This document shows positions 63,595 through 64,000 of a DNA stretch of 64,000 nt, piece after piece. Below the pieces are notes generated by a model that searched no databases, was not told the DNA's origin, and saw nothing but the letters and a program-made list of their open reading frames with translations. The translations under genes and the position numbers were made by a program. This DNA is from an uncultured Solirubrobacterales bacterium (GTDB taxonomy: Bacteria > Actinomycetota > Thermoleophilia > Solirubrobacterales > Solirubrobacteraceae), in contig CAWCEF010000006.1 of assembly GCA_963794515.1 (NCBI GenBank), positions 198,014 to 262,013 on the forward strand. The letters are read 5' to 3'. Position 1 is the stretch's first letter, and the number at the start of each line of letters is the position of its first letter.

Positions 63595-64000
63595 GAGGCC
63601 ACGATGATCGCGGTGACCACGAGGTTGAGGGTTGCCAGCGGGAGCAGGACCTTCCAGCCGAACGACATCAGCTGGTCGTACCTGAGGCGAGGGAGCGTCG
63701 CCCGGATCCAGACGAAGAACGTGAACACGAGCAGGATCTTCGCCAGCACGACGAACGGGTCGACCCAGCCGGGGGGGTCGATCCCGAACGGCAGCAGCCA
63801 GCCGCCGAAGAAGATCGTCACGGCCATCCCGGAGACCACGATCATGTTCGCGTACTCGGCGAACAGGTAGGCCACGAACGGGGTGCCGCCGTACTCGGTG
63901 AAGTAGCCGCCGACCAACTCAGCGTCGGCCTCGATCAGGTCGAACGGTGCACGGTTGGTCTCGGCGAACGACGCCACCAGGAAGATCAAGAACCCGACGA
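63591..64000 (-). CDS. nuoH: NADH-quinone oxidoreductase subunit H, C-terminal part (the gene continues beyond the right edge)
   Basis: ...[29 protein letters not shown]...[26 protein letters not shown] overlap with nuoI. Confidence 0.9.
   Translation of the reverse strand, partial: VGFLIFLVASFAETNRAPFDLIEADAELVGGYFTEYGGTPFVAYLFAEYANMIVVSGMAVTIFFGGWLLPFGIDPPGWVDPFVVLAKILLVFTFFVWIRATLPRLRYDQLMSFGWKVLLPLATLNLVVTAIIVAS

Noticed and set aside
1-64000. Searched by eye for mobile elements, CRISPR arrays, tRNA/rRNA genes and prophage or defence islands
   Set aside because: I recognised no transposase, integrase or recombinase-like translation. I saw no spacer-repeat arrays and no tRNA-like T-arm/acceptor signatures in the spacers. 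GC content and codon style are uniform. The only selfish-element-like gene is the degenerate DUF559 ORF.

Overview
High-GC (roughly 70%), densely coding bacterial chromosomal segment. Gene content and style suggest Actinomycetota, possibly a Thermoleophilia/Rubrobacteria-like lineage, but I cannot confirm this without a database search. I support about 60 protein-coding genes and see no rRNA, tRNA, CRISPR array, transposase or integrase. Many long ORFs in the track are antisense shadow ORFs, which are typical of high-GC DNA. Operon structure is marked by frequent 4-nt ATGA/GTGA stop-start overlaps. Recognisable blocks, left to right: Fur-family regulator and VIT1 exporter; Crp/Fnr regulator with an orphan CoxL-like molybdo-hydroxylase subunit; an envelope cluster (lipA, Tim44-like, rhomboid, DD-carboxypeptidase); a 2-oxoacid dehydrogenase E1a-E1b-E2-lipB operon; thiolase/FabG4-like/HtdX-like genes; MarR with a DHA2 efflux pump; a DEAD-box helicase; pstS divergent from pstCAB; an acetate module (SatP-type channel, two Acs paralogues, a Pat-type GNAT, a LytS/LytTR pair and a third acyl-CoA synthetase); two soluble MCP-like proteins; and nuoH-N. 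The most unusual items are: (1) a tandem pair of secreted decapeptide-repeat proteins ending in QTASNN; (2) a trio of zinc-ribbon proteins, two of which share the same N-terminal module in divergent orientation, one having no canonical start codon; (3) single-nucleotide frame disruptions in lipA and in a zinc-ribbon phosphoesterase; (4) a soluble MCP with its sensory-like domain C-terminal to the signalling domain; (5) four Pho-box-like repeats at exact 11-bp spacing. All product calls come from reading the translations by eye. No searches were run.
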